64,000 nucleotides of DNA from a candidate division WWE3 bacterium CSP1-7 (GCA_001443395.1 LDXK01000001.1:96001-160000); one strand, 5' to 3'. Counted from the first letter of the stretch, positions 29,947 through 42,820 are shown. The notes: generated from the sequence alone by a model not told the origin. Made by a program: numbers and translations.

Positions 29947-30225
29947 ATGACAGAAACACTTCTTTTGGTAGTTATCGCTCTACTCACGGTCAACATCCTC
30001 TTTGTGGGAGTTTATATTGTTCTAGTCCTCAAGGAAGTCCGCCAAGCGGTCTCAAAAATGAACCAAATTCTGGACAGCTTTTCGACGATCTCGACCGCCA
30101 TCGCCAACCCCGTTTCCAGCGCTTCCGGATTCTTCTCGGCGGTGGTAGAAGGCGTCAAGGCGTTCCACAAAATCCAAGATGTGGTTGGCAGCCACAAGGG
30201 GGAGGAAATTGATGGAACAGAATAA
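29947..30225 (+). CDS. Small membrane protein (DUF948-like)
   Basis: N-terminal TM plus amphipathic helix, overlapping the YtxH-like gene. Confidence 0.65.
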   Translation: MTETLLLVVIALLTVNILFVGVYIVLVLKEVRQAVSKMNQILDSFSTISTAIANPVSSASGFFSAVVEGVKAFHKIQDVVGSHKGEEIDGTE

Positions 30226-30649
30226 TAACGGGGGGTTCAACCAGTTTGCGGTCGGATTGGTGGTCGGGGCGATCTTGGGAGTTCTCTACGCTCCCAAGGA
30301 GGGTAAAGAATCTCGGCAGGCCCTCAAGGAACTTCTTAAAGTTTGGGAAGAAAAAGCCGGAGAGATAACCGGAGAGGTTAAGGAAAAGGTGGTCGAGGTC
30401 CGGGAGGCTGCCCAACCAATCATCAACGAGATCAGGCCAATCGTGCAGGAAAAAGTGAGCCAAGCCGCGGAGCTAATTGAACCGATCGCTCAGGATGTCG
30501 CCAAAGAAACCGAAGAAAAAATGGCCGAGGTTGTCGACCCGGTAATTGAAAGGGCTAAGGCCGAACTTAATCAAACAGTGGAACAGGTTCGTCAAGAAAT
30601 CCGAGAAAACATCCAGAAGCCCCATCCCAAATTCTTCCGAGGAGTTTAA
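30212..30649 (+). CDS. YtxH-domain protein
   Basis: FAVGLVVGAILGVLYAPKEGKESR; GGAGG RBS. Confidence 0.85.
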   Translation: MEQNNNGGFNQFAVGLVVGAILGVLYAPKEGKESRQALKELLKVWEEKAGEITGEVKEKVVEVREAAQPIINEIRPIVQEKVSQAAELIEPIAQDVAKETEEKMAEVVDPVIERAKAELNQTVEQVRQEIRENIQKPHPKFFRGV

Positions 30650-30653
30650 AGCA

Positions 30654-30688
30654 AAAATGGACGGCCGCCCGAGGCGACCTAGCATTTT
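30654..30688 (-). repeat. REP-like hairpin copy 5
   Basis: Plus strand TGGACG-GCCGCC-CGA-GGCGAC-CTAGCA. Confidence 0.8.
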
Positions 30689-30705
30689 CTGTTGAAAACA
30701 AAAAT

Positions 30706-30823
30706 GTTCCGGCGATGACCTGCTCTCCCAGACCCGAAGGCCAAGTACCATCAGCGCTAGAGGCTTTTACGACCGAGTTCGGAATGGGATCGGGTAGTTC
30801 ACCTCCGCTCAAATCACCAGAAC
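30706..30823 (-). rRNA. rrf: 5S rRNA
   Basis: Minus strand CCCGATCCCATTCCGAACTCGG...GATGGTACT...GGGAGAGCAGG with paired ends. Confidence 0.95.
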
Positions 30824-30840
30824 ATTTCTACCTTCAAGGT

Positions 30841-30876
30841 AAAATGCTAGCTCTGTTTCTTCAGAGCGTCCAATTC
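30841..30876 (+). repeat. REP-like hairpin copy 6 (23S-5S spacer)
   Basis: TGCTAG-CTCTG-TTTCTT-CAGAG-CGTCCA. Confidence 0.8.
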
Positions 30877-30931
30877 TGCCTCCAAGCAAAACACTAGCTC
30901 TGCTTGGTCAAAGCGGAACTGATAGCGGAAA

Positions 30932-33859
<2,928 letters not shown>

Positions 33860-33925
33860 TTCTTTTCCACTATCAATTTCTCTTTTACTTGATAGTTTCA
33901 AAAAATATTTTAATGTCAAAGGGCT

Positions 33926-34000
33926 TGGTGGACCGAGCCGGATTTGAACCGGCGACCCCGTCATTGCAAATGACGTGCTCTACCGCTGAGCTATCGGCCC
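33926..34000 (-). tRNA. tRNA-Ala(UGC)
   Basis: Cloverleaf GGGCCGA...TTTGCAA...GGTTCAAATCC...CCA with G3:U70. Confidence 0.96.
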
Positions 34001-34136
34001 CCCTGGCTCAAAAAAAGAAAAGGCCAGCGCGAAGCTGGCAAAAAGCTCCCTAATCAAAAAGGCGCTACACAGAGAGTTCCCCCGCAGAGGGTAGAACCGG
34101 AACTATGTTTAAATCTTTTGCCATTCGCTGTTGGTA

Positions 34137-34165
34137 AGAATAACAGAGGAAAAAAATAAAGTCAA
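34137..34165 (-). promoter_or_regulatory. Promoter of the tRNA-Ala-23S-5S unit
   Basis: TTGACT-N17-TATTCT with extended TG. Confidence 0.75.
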
Positions 34166-34189
34166 TTTCACTGTTCAATTGAACAGCGA

Positions 34190-34222
34190 AATTGGTAGGT
34201 CGCCGGAGGCAGCCGTCCAATT
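34190..34222 (+). repeat. REP-like hairpin copy 7 (GTAG variant)
   Basis: TGGTAG-GTCGCC-GGA-GGCAGC-CGTCCA. Confidence 0.72.
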
Positions 34223-34277
34223 AAAAAAAGACCCCGAAATCGCGGTTAAGCGAGTCGGGGCCTGGCGGCAGCGAAGA

Positions 34278-34919
34278 TCAGTCGCGGGCGGCAGCTGCTT
34301 CGCGTCGGGACGAGGAACGGTCATAGGGTTGGCGTTTACGACCACCTTTGCCCTTCTTCTTCCCGTCCTCATCGATCTTGCTGCGAGCTCCGGCATCGGC
34401 GGCCAGCTTGCGCTGAACCGCTTCCTGCGCCTCCCGAGCCTCCGCGCTGGCGTCATCTTCCTCGGGCTCAACGCCCTGGGATTCGGACACCGCGGCGGAC
34501 TGCTTTCCGGAGAGGATCGAGCCGATCGAATCGAAGGCGTTCCTTTCGCGTTCGGCCTGTTCCTCGGCACGCCTGGCTGCGAGACTAGCAGCAGCGCGAG
34601 TGCGCATCTCCAGAACCACCGAGTACTTGGTGGTCCAGATCTTGGCCGTGCGCATGTCCCTGCTGTGATCGAAGCAGATGACCTTCGCCTCTCGGCGCCG
34701 GCCGCTGGTATCGACCAGAGCCTCAAACTGTGGGGCCTTGGTGATGGCCTCGTTGAGGGAAATGAATCCCTCCTTCCGCTTGATTTCCGGAACATATTTC
34801 TCCAGAAGAGCGGGCAACCACGCGGAGTCGGTTGAAGTTTCGACCGGCTCCGTATTCCCCTTCGCTACGCAAAGAGGGCACAGCAACTGGATCATGCGGA
34901 CTTCAGCTTTCGCGTCCAC
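34278..34919 (-). CDS. Hypothetical protein (CxxC, charged helical C-terminus)
   Basis: GAGGAG RBS, GTG start, terminator-like hairpin at ~34223-34262. Confidence 0.65.
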   Translation of the reverse strand: MDAKAEVRMIQLLCPLCVAKGNTEPVETSTDSAWLPALLEKYVPEIKRKEGFISLNEAITKAPQFEALVDTSGRRREAKVICFDHSRDMRTAKIWTTKYSVVLEMRTRAAASLAARRAEEQAERERNAFDSIGSILSGKQSAAVSESQGVEPEEDDASAEAREAQEAVQRKLAADAGARSKIDEDGKKKGKGGRKRQPYDRSSSRREAAAARD

Positions 34920-35180
34920 AGCATCTCTCCTCTCCCCTTCAGGGGAACTAGATTTCGCGCCGAATGCGCGATATTAACTTATAGTTTACCACGCTCTTGG
35001 AAAGAGCGCAAGGTCTTCTCGCAATCGGTATATCTATGCTATGATATTGCCGAATTACGGAAAGATCCTTGGCCTTAAGGGAAGCCGAGGCCTCTCTTAA
35101 GGATCTACCAAGAACCGGTCCTGCTCAAGTCCCGGGGTTTAGGCCATCAACGCGGTTCGCTGATGGCCAATCCTCGGAAT

Positions 35181-35801
35181 TCAAACCTCTCTCCCCGTGG
35201 CTTTCCGGTATTCCTCAACTTCCCTTAGAAGATCAAATCTGTTGCCGGTCGCCTGCACACAGAAGCGGAGGGCGGCGTACTCGAATTCGTTCATCGAGTA
35301 ATAAAGCACCGCGCCAAAGTGACCGTCTTCATGGACGGGCCGGAACTGGTAGGGCTCTTCTTCCCCTCTCTCCCGGTAACGAACGATGTGGTGCAGTTCC
35401 TCAGCGATTGTTCCTCGCAGGTCTTGCTCCTGGGAATCGGAGTGGTTCACGTCGATGAAGAACCACGCCATATTGATTCTCGCCCGCGACGTGTGATTGG
35501 GTTTAAAGCCCATACTGCGGTGAGGATTCCAGATCACATCCAGCTCAAACGGTTCCGTTGTCTCTTCGGGAAAGTAAACGCCCAACTTATCCCAGAGCTC
35601 CAGAGCGTGGTTGGCCACCCAGAGAGCCACATCGCAGGAAACCTTCGCGTGGTGGGTCAGCGTTACCAAACCCAGATGGTGTTCTTTAGAACAGCTACGA
35701 AAAACCTGATACCGGCGGGCAAAAAGCTTTGAAACAAAAGTGGCTCCAATGGCTACGGGTAGGATAAGCCAAACAGGCACCGAATCTCCTCCTCTCTTCA
35801 A
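35181..35801 (-). CDS. Hypothetical protein, zincin-like EELHH motif, N-terminal hydrophobic segment
   Basis: TIAEELHH...EFE; upstream TTGACG-N17-TTTAAT; start uncertain. Confidence 0.6.
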   Translation of the reverse strand: MKRGGDSVPVWLILPVAIGATFVSKLFARRYQVFRSCSKEHHLGLVTLTHHAKVSCDVALWVANHALELWDKLGVYFPEETTEPFELDVIWNPHRSMGFKPNHTSRARINMAWFFIDVNHSDSQEQDLRGTIAEELHHIVRYRERGEEEPYQFRPVHEDGHFGAVLYYSMNEFEYAALRFCVQATGNRFDLLREVEEYRKATGREV

Positions 35802-35887
35802 GAATTAACTTCTATTTCAATTAAAACACGGGAATGGCCGTTCGTCAATCACTACAGGATAGTTGGGAGCCAAATTATGGTACGAGG

Positions 35888-36093
35888 GGGAATTACTTTT
35901 GAGGAACCCTCCAAAGGCGGGCAGGCATCCCGCAGCGGGTTTCGAGAAAGCCCAGCTCCGCGATGTTCGAGCTAGCGAACGATTTCGATCCCGTGCTTTG
36001 AGAAATCGCTTGCGGTCATCGGAAGCGAGTCCGCGGAGCGAGAACTTGAAACCCGGGCGGGTGAACAATACCGTTTACGAAAAAGTACTTCCC
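35888..36093 (+). ncRNA. Candidate structured ncRNA (long bulged stem with multibranch tip)
   Basis: Nested stems GGGAATTACTTTT/AAAAGTACTTCCC, GGGTTTCGAG/CTTGAAACCC, GCTCCGCG/CGCGGAGC plus three apical hairpins. Confidence 0.5.
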
Positions 36094-36099
36094 GAGCGC

Positions 36100-36134
36100 A
36101 AAAAAAGGCGGTCAACCAAGATGGTTAACCGCCC
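36100..36134 (-). terminator. Intrinsic terminator
   Basis: GGCGGTTAACC/GGTTGACCGCC plus T run on the minus strand. Confidence 0.8.
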
Positions 36135-36152
36135 TACGAACAGTGTACCCGA

Positions 36153-36380
36153 TCAGTCCAGCCGGCCCGTCGCGTCCGCGAAGCTCTCGTTCTCGGCGGC
36201 GAGATCGGCGGTCGAAACGAGTCGATGGGACTTCGCGATCGCTGTTCCTTCCGGAACGCGAGCCTGTTGCAAGGGAACGAGGTTACACCGCTCCCCGCCC
36301 GGTTGAGGAGGAACATCCCCCGACCAGCCGCACTGACTCCTTACCCGCATGTGGTAGTAACAACCAGAACACGAAGCCAT
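36153..36380 (-). CDS. Small Cys-containing hypothetical protein
   Basis: MASCSGC..C..C; GGAGAGAGG RBS, TTGACT promoter upstream, terminator downstream. Confidence 0.6.
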   Translation of the reverse strand: MASCSGCYYHMRVRSQCGWSGDVPPQPGGERCNLVPLQQARVPEGTAIAKSHRLVSTADLAAENESFADATGRLD

Positions 36381-36481
36381 AGCCTCTCTCCTTGTCGCCT
36401 CAGGCGACGGAAACGATTGATATTCTTCTATGTTATAGGGTAAAGGAGAAGAAGTCAAGATTAATTCTGAAATAATCAATC

Positions 36482-36512
36482 TTGGACGGGATCTAGGAGA
36501 GATCGCTAGCAA
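36482..36512 (-). repeat. REP-like hairpin copy 8
   Basis: Plus strand TGGACG-GGATCT-AGGAG-AGATCG-CTAGCA. Confidence 0.7.
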
Positions 36513-36529
36513 AATTGATTCCGAAGGAA

Positions 36530-37921
36530 TCAATCTTGTGTAACCGAAAACTCCCGCAGCGTCACCCGGCCCGCGATCCGCGCCGCGACGCGGTTCTCAA
36601 AACGATAGAACTCCAGGATCTGCCCACTCTCCAACAGAAAGATCTGTTCGTCACGGTAGTTGTAACCCTTGGCCAGCTTGGCGTACTCCGGCATCGATGT
36701 CGGAGTTCCGCCGATCGGCGCCAGATATTGGGCCTGAGCGGCGCGCATCATCCGGATGAGGTCATCGGCGTAGCCGTGGCCGGAGACGTGGATCTCGGGG
36801 ATCTCTTCGAGATAGATAACCTTGGCGCCCACGTTCCTCAAATCCTCCTGGACATTCCGGACCCGATCTTCATTGCCCGGGATCAGATCGGATGAGAAAA
36901 GCACCAGATCTCCTTGCCCGATCTTGAAACTGCGATGGCCGCCCCGCGCCATCTTCGAGAGAGCAGAGTTGGATTGGCCCTGCGAACCAGAGACCAAAAT
37001 CAACTGTTCGGAAACCGGCAGTTTCTTGAGCTTGGCGTTGTCGATGACCTGGCCTTTGGAAACGGCGAGGTATCCCAGATTGCGGGCGACTTCAAAGTTC
37101 TTCTCCAACGACAACCCGGCCAGAGTTACTTTGCGGCCGAGAGCATCGGCAACGTCGATCGCCTGCTGGACCCGAGAAATGTCCGAGGAGAACATCGTTA
37201 CAAAGACTCTTCCCTTGGTCTTCTGAATCTCTTTGAAGAAGGTCTCCCCGACGATTCTTTCCGAAGGAGAGGAACCCTCCCGCTCCGACCGCAGGGAGTC
37301 CGAAGCCAGAAGAAGCACGCCCTTTCGACCGTACTCCTCAATCTTCCCCAGCTGGGCCAGGCGGCGGTCGAGGGGCGTCGGATCGAGCTTGAAATCGCCG
37401 GTGTGAATTACTACCCCCAAGGGAGTAGTTAATGCGATTGCCATCGTGTCCGGAATCGAGTGGGTCAGCCGAATGTATTCAAAGGAGAAATCCCGACCGA
37501 GCTGGACGCGCTGGCCATCGGTGACATCTCGAATCTCGGCCTTCTTCGGTCCCCTCTCCTTTAGTTTCTCCCGGATCATTCCGGCCGGCAGGCGGGCGGC
37601 GTAAACCGGGACGCAGATCTTCCTCAACAGGTAGGGAATCGCCCCGATGTGGTCCTCGTGGCCATGGGTGATGACAAGCGCCCGCAACTTATTTTGGTGG
37701 GCCAGAACATAGGAAAAGTCGGGAATCAGCAGCGTGTTCTCCGGCAGACCTTCTTCCTCCGGCGGGAAACCGATGCCGCAGTCCACGAGCACCATGTCGT
37801 TCGGCGTCTCATAGACGTACATGTTCCTGGTGACTTCGCCCATTCCCCCGATCGGAATAAATTTGAGGCTCATTTTCTCTTCTGTTCTCCTATTCGGTTG
37901 TGAGTTGTTTTGACCTTCCAT
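36530..37921 (-). CDS. rnj: Ribonuclease J (short C-terminus)
   Basis: GGMGEVTRNM, THGHEDHIG, HSIPD, GDFK, HVSGH; alternative start 37873. Confidence 0.95.
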   Translation of the reverse strand: MEGQNNSQPNRRTEEKMSLKFIPIGGMGEVTRNMYVYETPNDMVLVDCGIGFPPEEEGLPENTLLIPDFSYVLAHQNKLRALVITHGHEDHIGAIPYLLRKICVPVYAARLPAGMIREKLKERGPKKAEIRDVTDGQRVQLGRDFSFEYIRLTHSIPDTMAIALTTPLGVVIHTGDFKLDPTPLDRRLAQLGKIEEYGRKGVLLLASDSLRSEREGSSPSERIVGETFFKEIQKTKGRVFVTMFSSDISRVQQAIDVADALGRKVTLAGLSLEKNFEVARNLGYLAVSKGQVIDNAKLKKLPVSEQLILVSGSQGQSNSALSKMARGGHRSFKIGQGDLVLFSSDLIPGNEDRVRNVQEDLRNVGAKVIYLEEIPEIHVSGHGYADDLIRMMRAAQAQYLAPIGGTPTSMPEYAKLAKGYNYRDEQIFLLESGQILEFYRFENRVAARIAGRVTLREFSVTQD

Positions 37922-37924
37922 ATT

Positions 37925-38545
37925 TTATATTAACTTCATTTGGTTCTTATCGCCATTGGTGACCTCGATCTCGACCGGTGCCAGCTCCCCCCGAATAATC
38001 TTCGGCAGGCTACGAAAGTCGTGCTCCAGAATCCGCAGAACCGCCGGGGAACGCAGCGCCGCCGCCGGGTGATAGAGCGGGAAGACAATCCGATTGCCGA
38101 CCTTGAATCCCCGACCGTGCATCTCGCCGATCAGCTTGTCCTTCAAAAAAATATCCAGCGCCGAGCGACCCAGCGGCACGATGACCTTGGGGTTGATCAC
38201 CTTGATCTGCTGAATCAAAAATGGCAGACAGGCCCGCACCTCGTCCTTCATCGGCGCCCGATTTTCGGGAGGGCGGTGCTTGACCACGTTGGTGATGAAA
38301 ACCTCTTCGCGGCGGATCTCGTTGCGCGAGAGCAGACGATCCAGCAAATCACCGGCCCGGCCGACAAACGGGCGGCCGAGCTTGTCCTCGTTGTAACCGG
38401 GACCCTCACCCACAAACATAATCGTGGCACCGGGACTTCCCTCTCCAGGGACGGCGTGATTTGCTGTTCTCCAAAGGCGACAGCCGTGGCAGGTTTTGAC
38501 CGCCCGATCAATTTGGGCCAGGAGTTCTTCTTTCTTACTTTTCAT
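37925..38545 (-). CDS. Uracil-DNA glycosylase family 4
   Basis: CxxC, VGEGPG..ED..GRPFVG, YHPAA. Confidence 0.93.
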   Translation of the reverse strand: MKSKKEELLAQIDRAVKTCHGCRLWRTANHAVPGEGSPGATIMFVGEGPGYNEDKLGRPFVGRAGDLLDRLLSRNEIRREEVFITNVVKHRPPENRAPMKDEVRACLPFLIQQIKVINPKVIVPLGRSALDIFLKDKLIGEMHGRGFKVGNRIVFPLYHPAAALRSPAVLRILEHDFRSLPKIIRGELAPVEIEVTNGDKNQMKLI

Positions 38546-38559
38546 TCGAGCAAAGCGAG

Positions 38560-38591
38560 AATGCTAGGTCGCCGCAAGGCGGCCGTCCATT
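38560..38591 (+). repeat. REP-like hairpin copy 9
   Basis: TGCTAG-GTCGCC-GCAA-GGCGGC-CGTCCA. Confidence 0.8.
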
Positions 38592-38600
38592 ACTACTCAT

Positions 38601-40922
38601 CTAACGACGGCCGCGGTCGGAAGCGGGACGATAACCCTCCCGGCCTCCACCACCACCGAATCCCGGCCGCCGCTGTGGTGAATAACCCCCCGGCCGACGG
38701 GAAGAAGGACCTCCTCGATAGGAAGAACCGCCGCCAAAACCCCCCGGGCGGAACGGGCGACCGCCAGGCCGCGGTGGTCCGGAAGGGCCGCCGCGATCTT
38801 CGCGGGGCCTCTCCTGATACCCCTCGGGCGGCTTCTCCAATGCTTTCTTCGAAAGATTGATTCGGCCCATCGCGTCGATCTCAATTACCTTTACTTTTAT
38901 CTTGTCTCCGATCTGGACCACATCGGTCGGTTTGGCGACGAAGCTGTAGGCGAGCTCGGAAACATGCACCATTCCCTCTTTGCCCGGCAGGATTTCCACA
39001 AAAGCGCCGAAATCCATAATCCGCTGGACCGTACCTTCAAAAATCTCCCCGACCTGAACCTCCCGAGTGAGATCATCCACCAGCTTCCGGGCTTCGTTGA
39101 CCTTGTCCTCGTCTGGGCCGGAGATGCTCACCGTGCCGTTGTCGTCGATATCAATCTCCGTTCCGGTCTGTTCGGTGAGACGGCGAATCATCCGGCCTCC
39201 CGGACCGATCACCTCGCCAATTTTTTCAATCGGGACCTTGATCGTTGCCACCTTGGGCGCGTACTGGGATAGTTTCTCCCGGGGCTTGTCGAGCACCTTG
39301 AGCATCTCTTTTAGAATCCCCAACCGCGCCTTGTGCGCGTCCGCCAGAGCCTCCACCATCACCTTGTGAGGCAGACCCTTAACCTTCATATCCATCTGCA
39401 CCGCCGTCACTCCCTTCTCGGTGCCGGCCACCTTGAAATCCATGTCGCCGCACTGGTCCTCCACCCCGGCAATATCGGTGATAACTCGAAAGACCTTACC
39501 ATCGGTGACCAAACCCATCGCCACCCCGGAAACGGGAGACTTGATCGGCACGCCGGCGTCCATCAGGGCCAAGGTCGAACCGCAGGTGGAAGCCATCGAG
39601 GTGGAGCCGTTGGAGGAGAGCACCTCCGAAACCAGACGGATCGCGTAAGGAAACTCTTCGACGGAAGGAATCATCCGGTCCAACGCCTTTTCCGCCAACG
39701 CGGAATGACCGATCTCCCGGCGGCCGGGAGTGCCGATCCGACCGACCTCTCCGGTCGAGAACGGCGGGAAGTAGTAATGGTGCATGTAGCGCTTGGTGGT
39801 CTCGCCGGCCGGCCCCTCCAGGATCTGTTCCAGGGAGGTTGAACCCAGTGTCGCGGTGGTGAGAACTTGAGTCTCCCCGCGCTGGAAAAGGGCCGAGCCA
39901 TGGGTCCGCGGCAGAACGCCCACCCGAATGTGCAATGGCCGCACCTCATCGAACTTGCGGCCGTCGGTTCGCTTTCCGTCCTTGATCATCAGCTCGCGCA
40001 CCGCCTCCTTCGTCAGGTCGCTCATTCCGGTCCCCATCGCCATCTTCTGGTAGGTTCCCTCAAACTTCTTAAAAACCTTTTCGATAAGCTCCGTCTGCTT
40101 CTCGCTAAATTCCTCTTTGCTGTTGGTTTTTTCGGTAATCTCCTTGAGAGGAGCGAGCGCAAAGCCGCGCAGGTCCTCCATCATGTGTTTGACCTGGGGG
40201 TCGACCGCCACCTCTTTTTTGGCGATGCCAATCTCCTTCGCCAAATCGGTGATCAGCCCAATAATTGGAGAGAGAGATTTCTGGGCAAACTCTATCGCCT
40301 TGAGAATATCCTCCTCGGGAATCTCGCTCGCTCCGCCCTCCACCATCACGATCTCGTCTTCCTTTCCCGAAACGATCAGATCAAGGTCCGATACCGCCGT
40401 CTCCGCCGCCAGCGGATTGAGCTTCAACTCAGGGGCGCCGCCGTCTTTGGCGACTTTCCCCACCCGGACCGCGCCGATCGGTCCCTCCCAGGGGATGTCC
40501 GAACCGGCCAGAGCCGCGGAAGCGCCGATCAAACCCAGGACCGCCGGGTCGTTCTCCTTATCTACCGAGAGAACCGTCAGGACCACCTGCACCTCATCGC
40601 CGAATTCTTTGGGGAAGAGCGGGCGGATGGAGCGGTCGATTAACCGACCGTTCAGGATGGCTTCGTCGGAGGGCCGGCCTTCCCGCTTCACAAAGCGGGA
40701 ACCCTTGATGATTCCACCGGCGTAGAGCCGTTCGACATAATCCACCGTCAGGGGAAAATACCCGATATCTTCTTTGGCTTTTTCACTGGTGGCGGTTGCC
40801 AAAACCACGGTATCCCCGTAGCGAGCAAGCACCGAACCATTGGCCTGGCCGGCCAACTCTCCGTATTCCAACGAAAGAGTTCGGCCCCCAAATTCAATTT
40901 CTTTTTTGATCAATTTTTTCAT
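38601..40922 (-). CDS. pnp: Polynucleotide phosphorylase with G/R-rich tail
   Basis: REGRPS, RREIGH, SNGSTSMAS, GDMDFKVAG, KH and S1. Confidence 0.98.
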   Translation of the reverse strand: MKKLIKKEIEFGGRTLSLEYGELAGQANGSVLARYGDTVVLATATSEKAKEDIGYFPLTVDYVERLYAGGIIKGSRFVKREGRPSDEAILNGRLIDRSIRPLFPKEFGDEVQVVLTVLSVDKENDPAVLGLIGASAALAGSDIPWEGPIGAVRVGKVAKDGGAPELKLNPLAAETAVSDLDLIVSGKEDEIVMVEGGASEIPEEDILKAIEFAQKSLSPIIGLITDLAKEIGIAKKEVAVDPQVKHMMEDLRGFALAPLKEITEKTNSKEEFSEKQTELIEKVFKKFEGTYQKMAMGTGMSDLTKEAVRELMIKDGKRTDGRKFDEVRPLHIRVGVLPRTHGSALFQRGETQVLTTATLGSTSLEQILEGPAGETTKRYMHHYYFPPFSTGEVGRIGTPGRREIGHSALAEKALDRMIPSVEEFPYAIRLVSEVLSSNGSTSMASTCGSTLALMDAGVPIKSPVSGVAMGLVTDGKVFRVITDIAGVEDQCGDMDFKVAGTEKGVTAVQMDMKVKGLPHKVMVEALADAHKARLGILKEMLKVLDKPREKLSQYAPKVATIKVPIEKIGEVIGPGGRMIRRLTEQTGTEIDIDDNGTVSISGPDEDKVNEARKLVDDLTREVQVGEIFEGTVQRIMDFGAFVEILPGKEGMVHVSELAYSFVAKPTDVVQIGDKIKVKVIEIDAMGRINLSKKALEKPPEGYQERPREDRGGPSGPPRPGGRPFRPGGFGGGSSYRGGPSSRRPGGYSPQRRPGFGGGGGREGYRPASDRGRR

Positions 40923-40970
40923 TTTAGTATCTTAGAAACCAGATACGAGGATAAGGGAAGAAAATTGTTC

Positions 40971-41321
40971 CTATTTTTCCAATCCTATCTTTTCCGTAAT
41001 TACCTGGTATCGTTTTTCGTCCTTCTTTAATAGATACATTAAAAGTTTTCGACGCTTGTTGACAAGTCCCAATAGGCCGCGGCGCGAACTAAGGTCCTTC
41101 TTATGAATTTTAAGATGCTCTGTCAACTCTCCGATTCTTTTCGACAAAAGTGCGATCTGCACCTCCGGAGAACCGGTATCGGTGGCGTGAGTAGCCGAAA
41201 GCGCTACCAGTTCCTTTTTCGCCTGGGAGATAGACTCAACTTTAGCCGCTACTTTCTTGACCTTCGGCTCCGCTGCTTTTGTTACTTTTGTTATTTTTTT
41301 CGCAATCTTCTTTTTTGCCAT
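40971..41321 (-). CDS. rpsO: 30S ribosomal protein S15 with Lys-rich N-terminal extension
   Basis: [21 protein letters not shown]. Confidence 0.95.
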   Translation of the reverse strand: MAKKKIAKKITKVTKAAEPKVKKVAAKVESISQAKKELVALSATHATDTGSPEVQIALLSKRIGELTEHLKIHKKDLSSRRGLLGLVNKRRKLLMYLLKKDEKRYQVITEKIGLEK

Positions 41322-41335
41322 TTTCTTAATCTATT

Positions 41336-42820
41336 TTACGATACCACGATACGATCGCCTTTCTTAAACTCAAAATCCGGCTTGACCAGAACTCCGGCCT
41401 CTTGTCCCGTTTTCACTTCTTGAACCTCGTCTTTGCCGACTTTTAATCCGCGGACCTTTCCCTGGTGAACCTCTTCTTCCGATCCCTCGCGAAAAACCTT
41501 GATGCGGTCCCGGTACTTAAACTTGCCGTTGAGGACCTTAACGCCAGCGACGATATCGCCGCTGTGCAGAGTGAAGGTCGCCAGAACCTCTGCCTCGGGC
41601 GCCTTCTTTTCTTCCGCCAAAACCTGAGCGCCGGAGAGAAGCTTTTCCGCCGCCTCCAGAAGTTCATAGATGATTGGGAAAGAGCGCACCCCCACCCCCA
41701 AGTCATCCGCCAATTTCCGGGCGGAGGAACCGGTTGGCACGTTGAAGCCCAGAATCACTCCCTTGGCAGCCGCCGCTAAGCGAACATCCGAGTCGGAGAC
41801 CGGGCCGATACTCTTAAGGAGGAAATTAATTCCTTTACCACCCGCCTCCAGATTGGCGAGCGGAACTTCGACCGCTTCCAAGGAACCCTGGGTATCGGCC
41901 CGCAGAACGACGTTGAGGCTGGTGGTAGGCTCGGCGGCGGGGTTGACCGGTTGGTTGGTCACCGCCTTTGGTGAGGCAACACCAGAGGTAGGAGCGGACA
42001 AACGAGTAACCAGGGCTCCAACCGGAGGAACTTCCGAAAAACCCAGGACCTGCACCGGGGTTCCTGGGCCGGCCGAGGCAATCCTTTGACCGGTGTCGTC
42101 CACTAAAGCCTTGATCTTTCCCGAGGCCTCGCCGGCGAAAATCTGATCTCCGATTTTGAAGGTTCCCTTCTTGACGATCAGCGTCGCCAACGGCCCTTGC
42201 TGAGAGGAAAGCAGAGATTCGATCACCACGGCTTCCGGTTCTCCGCCGGTTTCCTCCTTGAGCTCCAACATGTCGGCCGAAAGGCCGATTATTTCCAAAA
42301 GTTCGGGAACGCCGGCGCCGGTCGTCGCCGAAACCGCCACCGCGGGAATTTTGCCGCCCTGGTCCTCCACAATCACGTCTTCCTTTGCCAGTTGGCCCTT
42401 AACCTTCGCCACGTCCTGCGGCGAAGCCAGATCAACCTTGTTGATCGCCACCACCAGCGGCACCCCCGCTGCTTTGGCGTGGGCAATTGCCTCCACTGTT
42501 TGGGGCTTGACACCGTCGTTCGCCGCAACGACCAAAACCGCAAGATCGGCGACCCCCGCCCCGCGCTGCCGCATCTTGGAAAAGGCCTCGTGTCCGGGAG
42601 TGTCAATGAAAGTGATCCGGCGGCCGGAGGACTCGGTGATCTGGTAGGCACCGATTTTCTGGGTAATTCCCCCCGCTTCTTTAGCGGCCACCGCAGTTTT
42701 TCGGATAGAGTCTAGAAGAGAAGTCTTCCCGTGGTCAATGTGCCCTAAGACAACAACGACAGGAGGACGGGTAGCGGCATTAGCTTTTTGGTTTTTTGGG
42801 TTCAGCTGTTTTTTGGACAT
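41336..42820 (-). CDS. infB: Translation initiation factor IF-2 (short)
   Basis: [35 protein letters not shown]. Confidence 0.95.
   Translation of the reverse strand: MSKKQLNPKNQKANAATRPPVVVVLGHIDHGKTSLLDSIRKTAVAAKEAGGITQKIGAYQITESSGRRITFIDTPGHEAFSKMRQRGAGVADLAVLVVAANDGVKPQTVEAIAHAKAAGVPLVVAINKVDLASPQDVAKVKGQLAKEDVIVEDQGGKIPAVAVSATTGAGVPELLEIIGLSADMLELKEETGGEPEAVVIESLLSSQQGPLATLIVKKGTFKIGDQIFAGEASGKIKALVDDTGQRIASAGPGTPVQVLGFSEVPPVGALVTRLSAPTSGVASPKAVTNQPVNPAAEPTTSLNVVLRADTQGSLEAVEVPLANLEAGGKGINFLLKSIGPVSDSDVRLAAAAKGVILGFNVPTGSSARKLADDLGVGVRSFPIIYELLEAAEKLLSGAQVLAEEKKAPEAEVLATFTLHSGDIVAGVKVLNGKFKYRDRIKVFREGSEEEVHQGKVRGLKVGKDEVQEVKTGQEAGVLVKPDFEFKKGDRIVVS

Noticed and set aside
34131-34835. 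234-aa plus-strand and 206-aa minus-strand ORFs
   Set aside because: Overlap 34278..34919, which has the RBS, terminator and more protein-like composition
35817-36306. 83-aa and 147-aa ORFs over the structured region
   Set aside because: R/S-rich, no RBS, and they cross a terminator or promoter; nested pairing explains the region better
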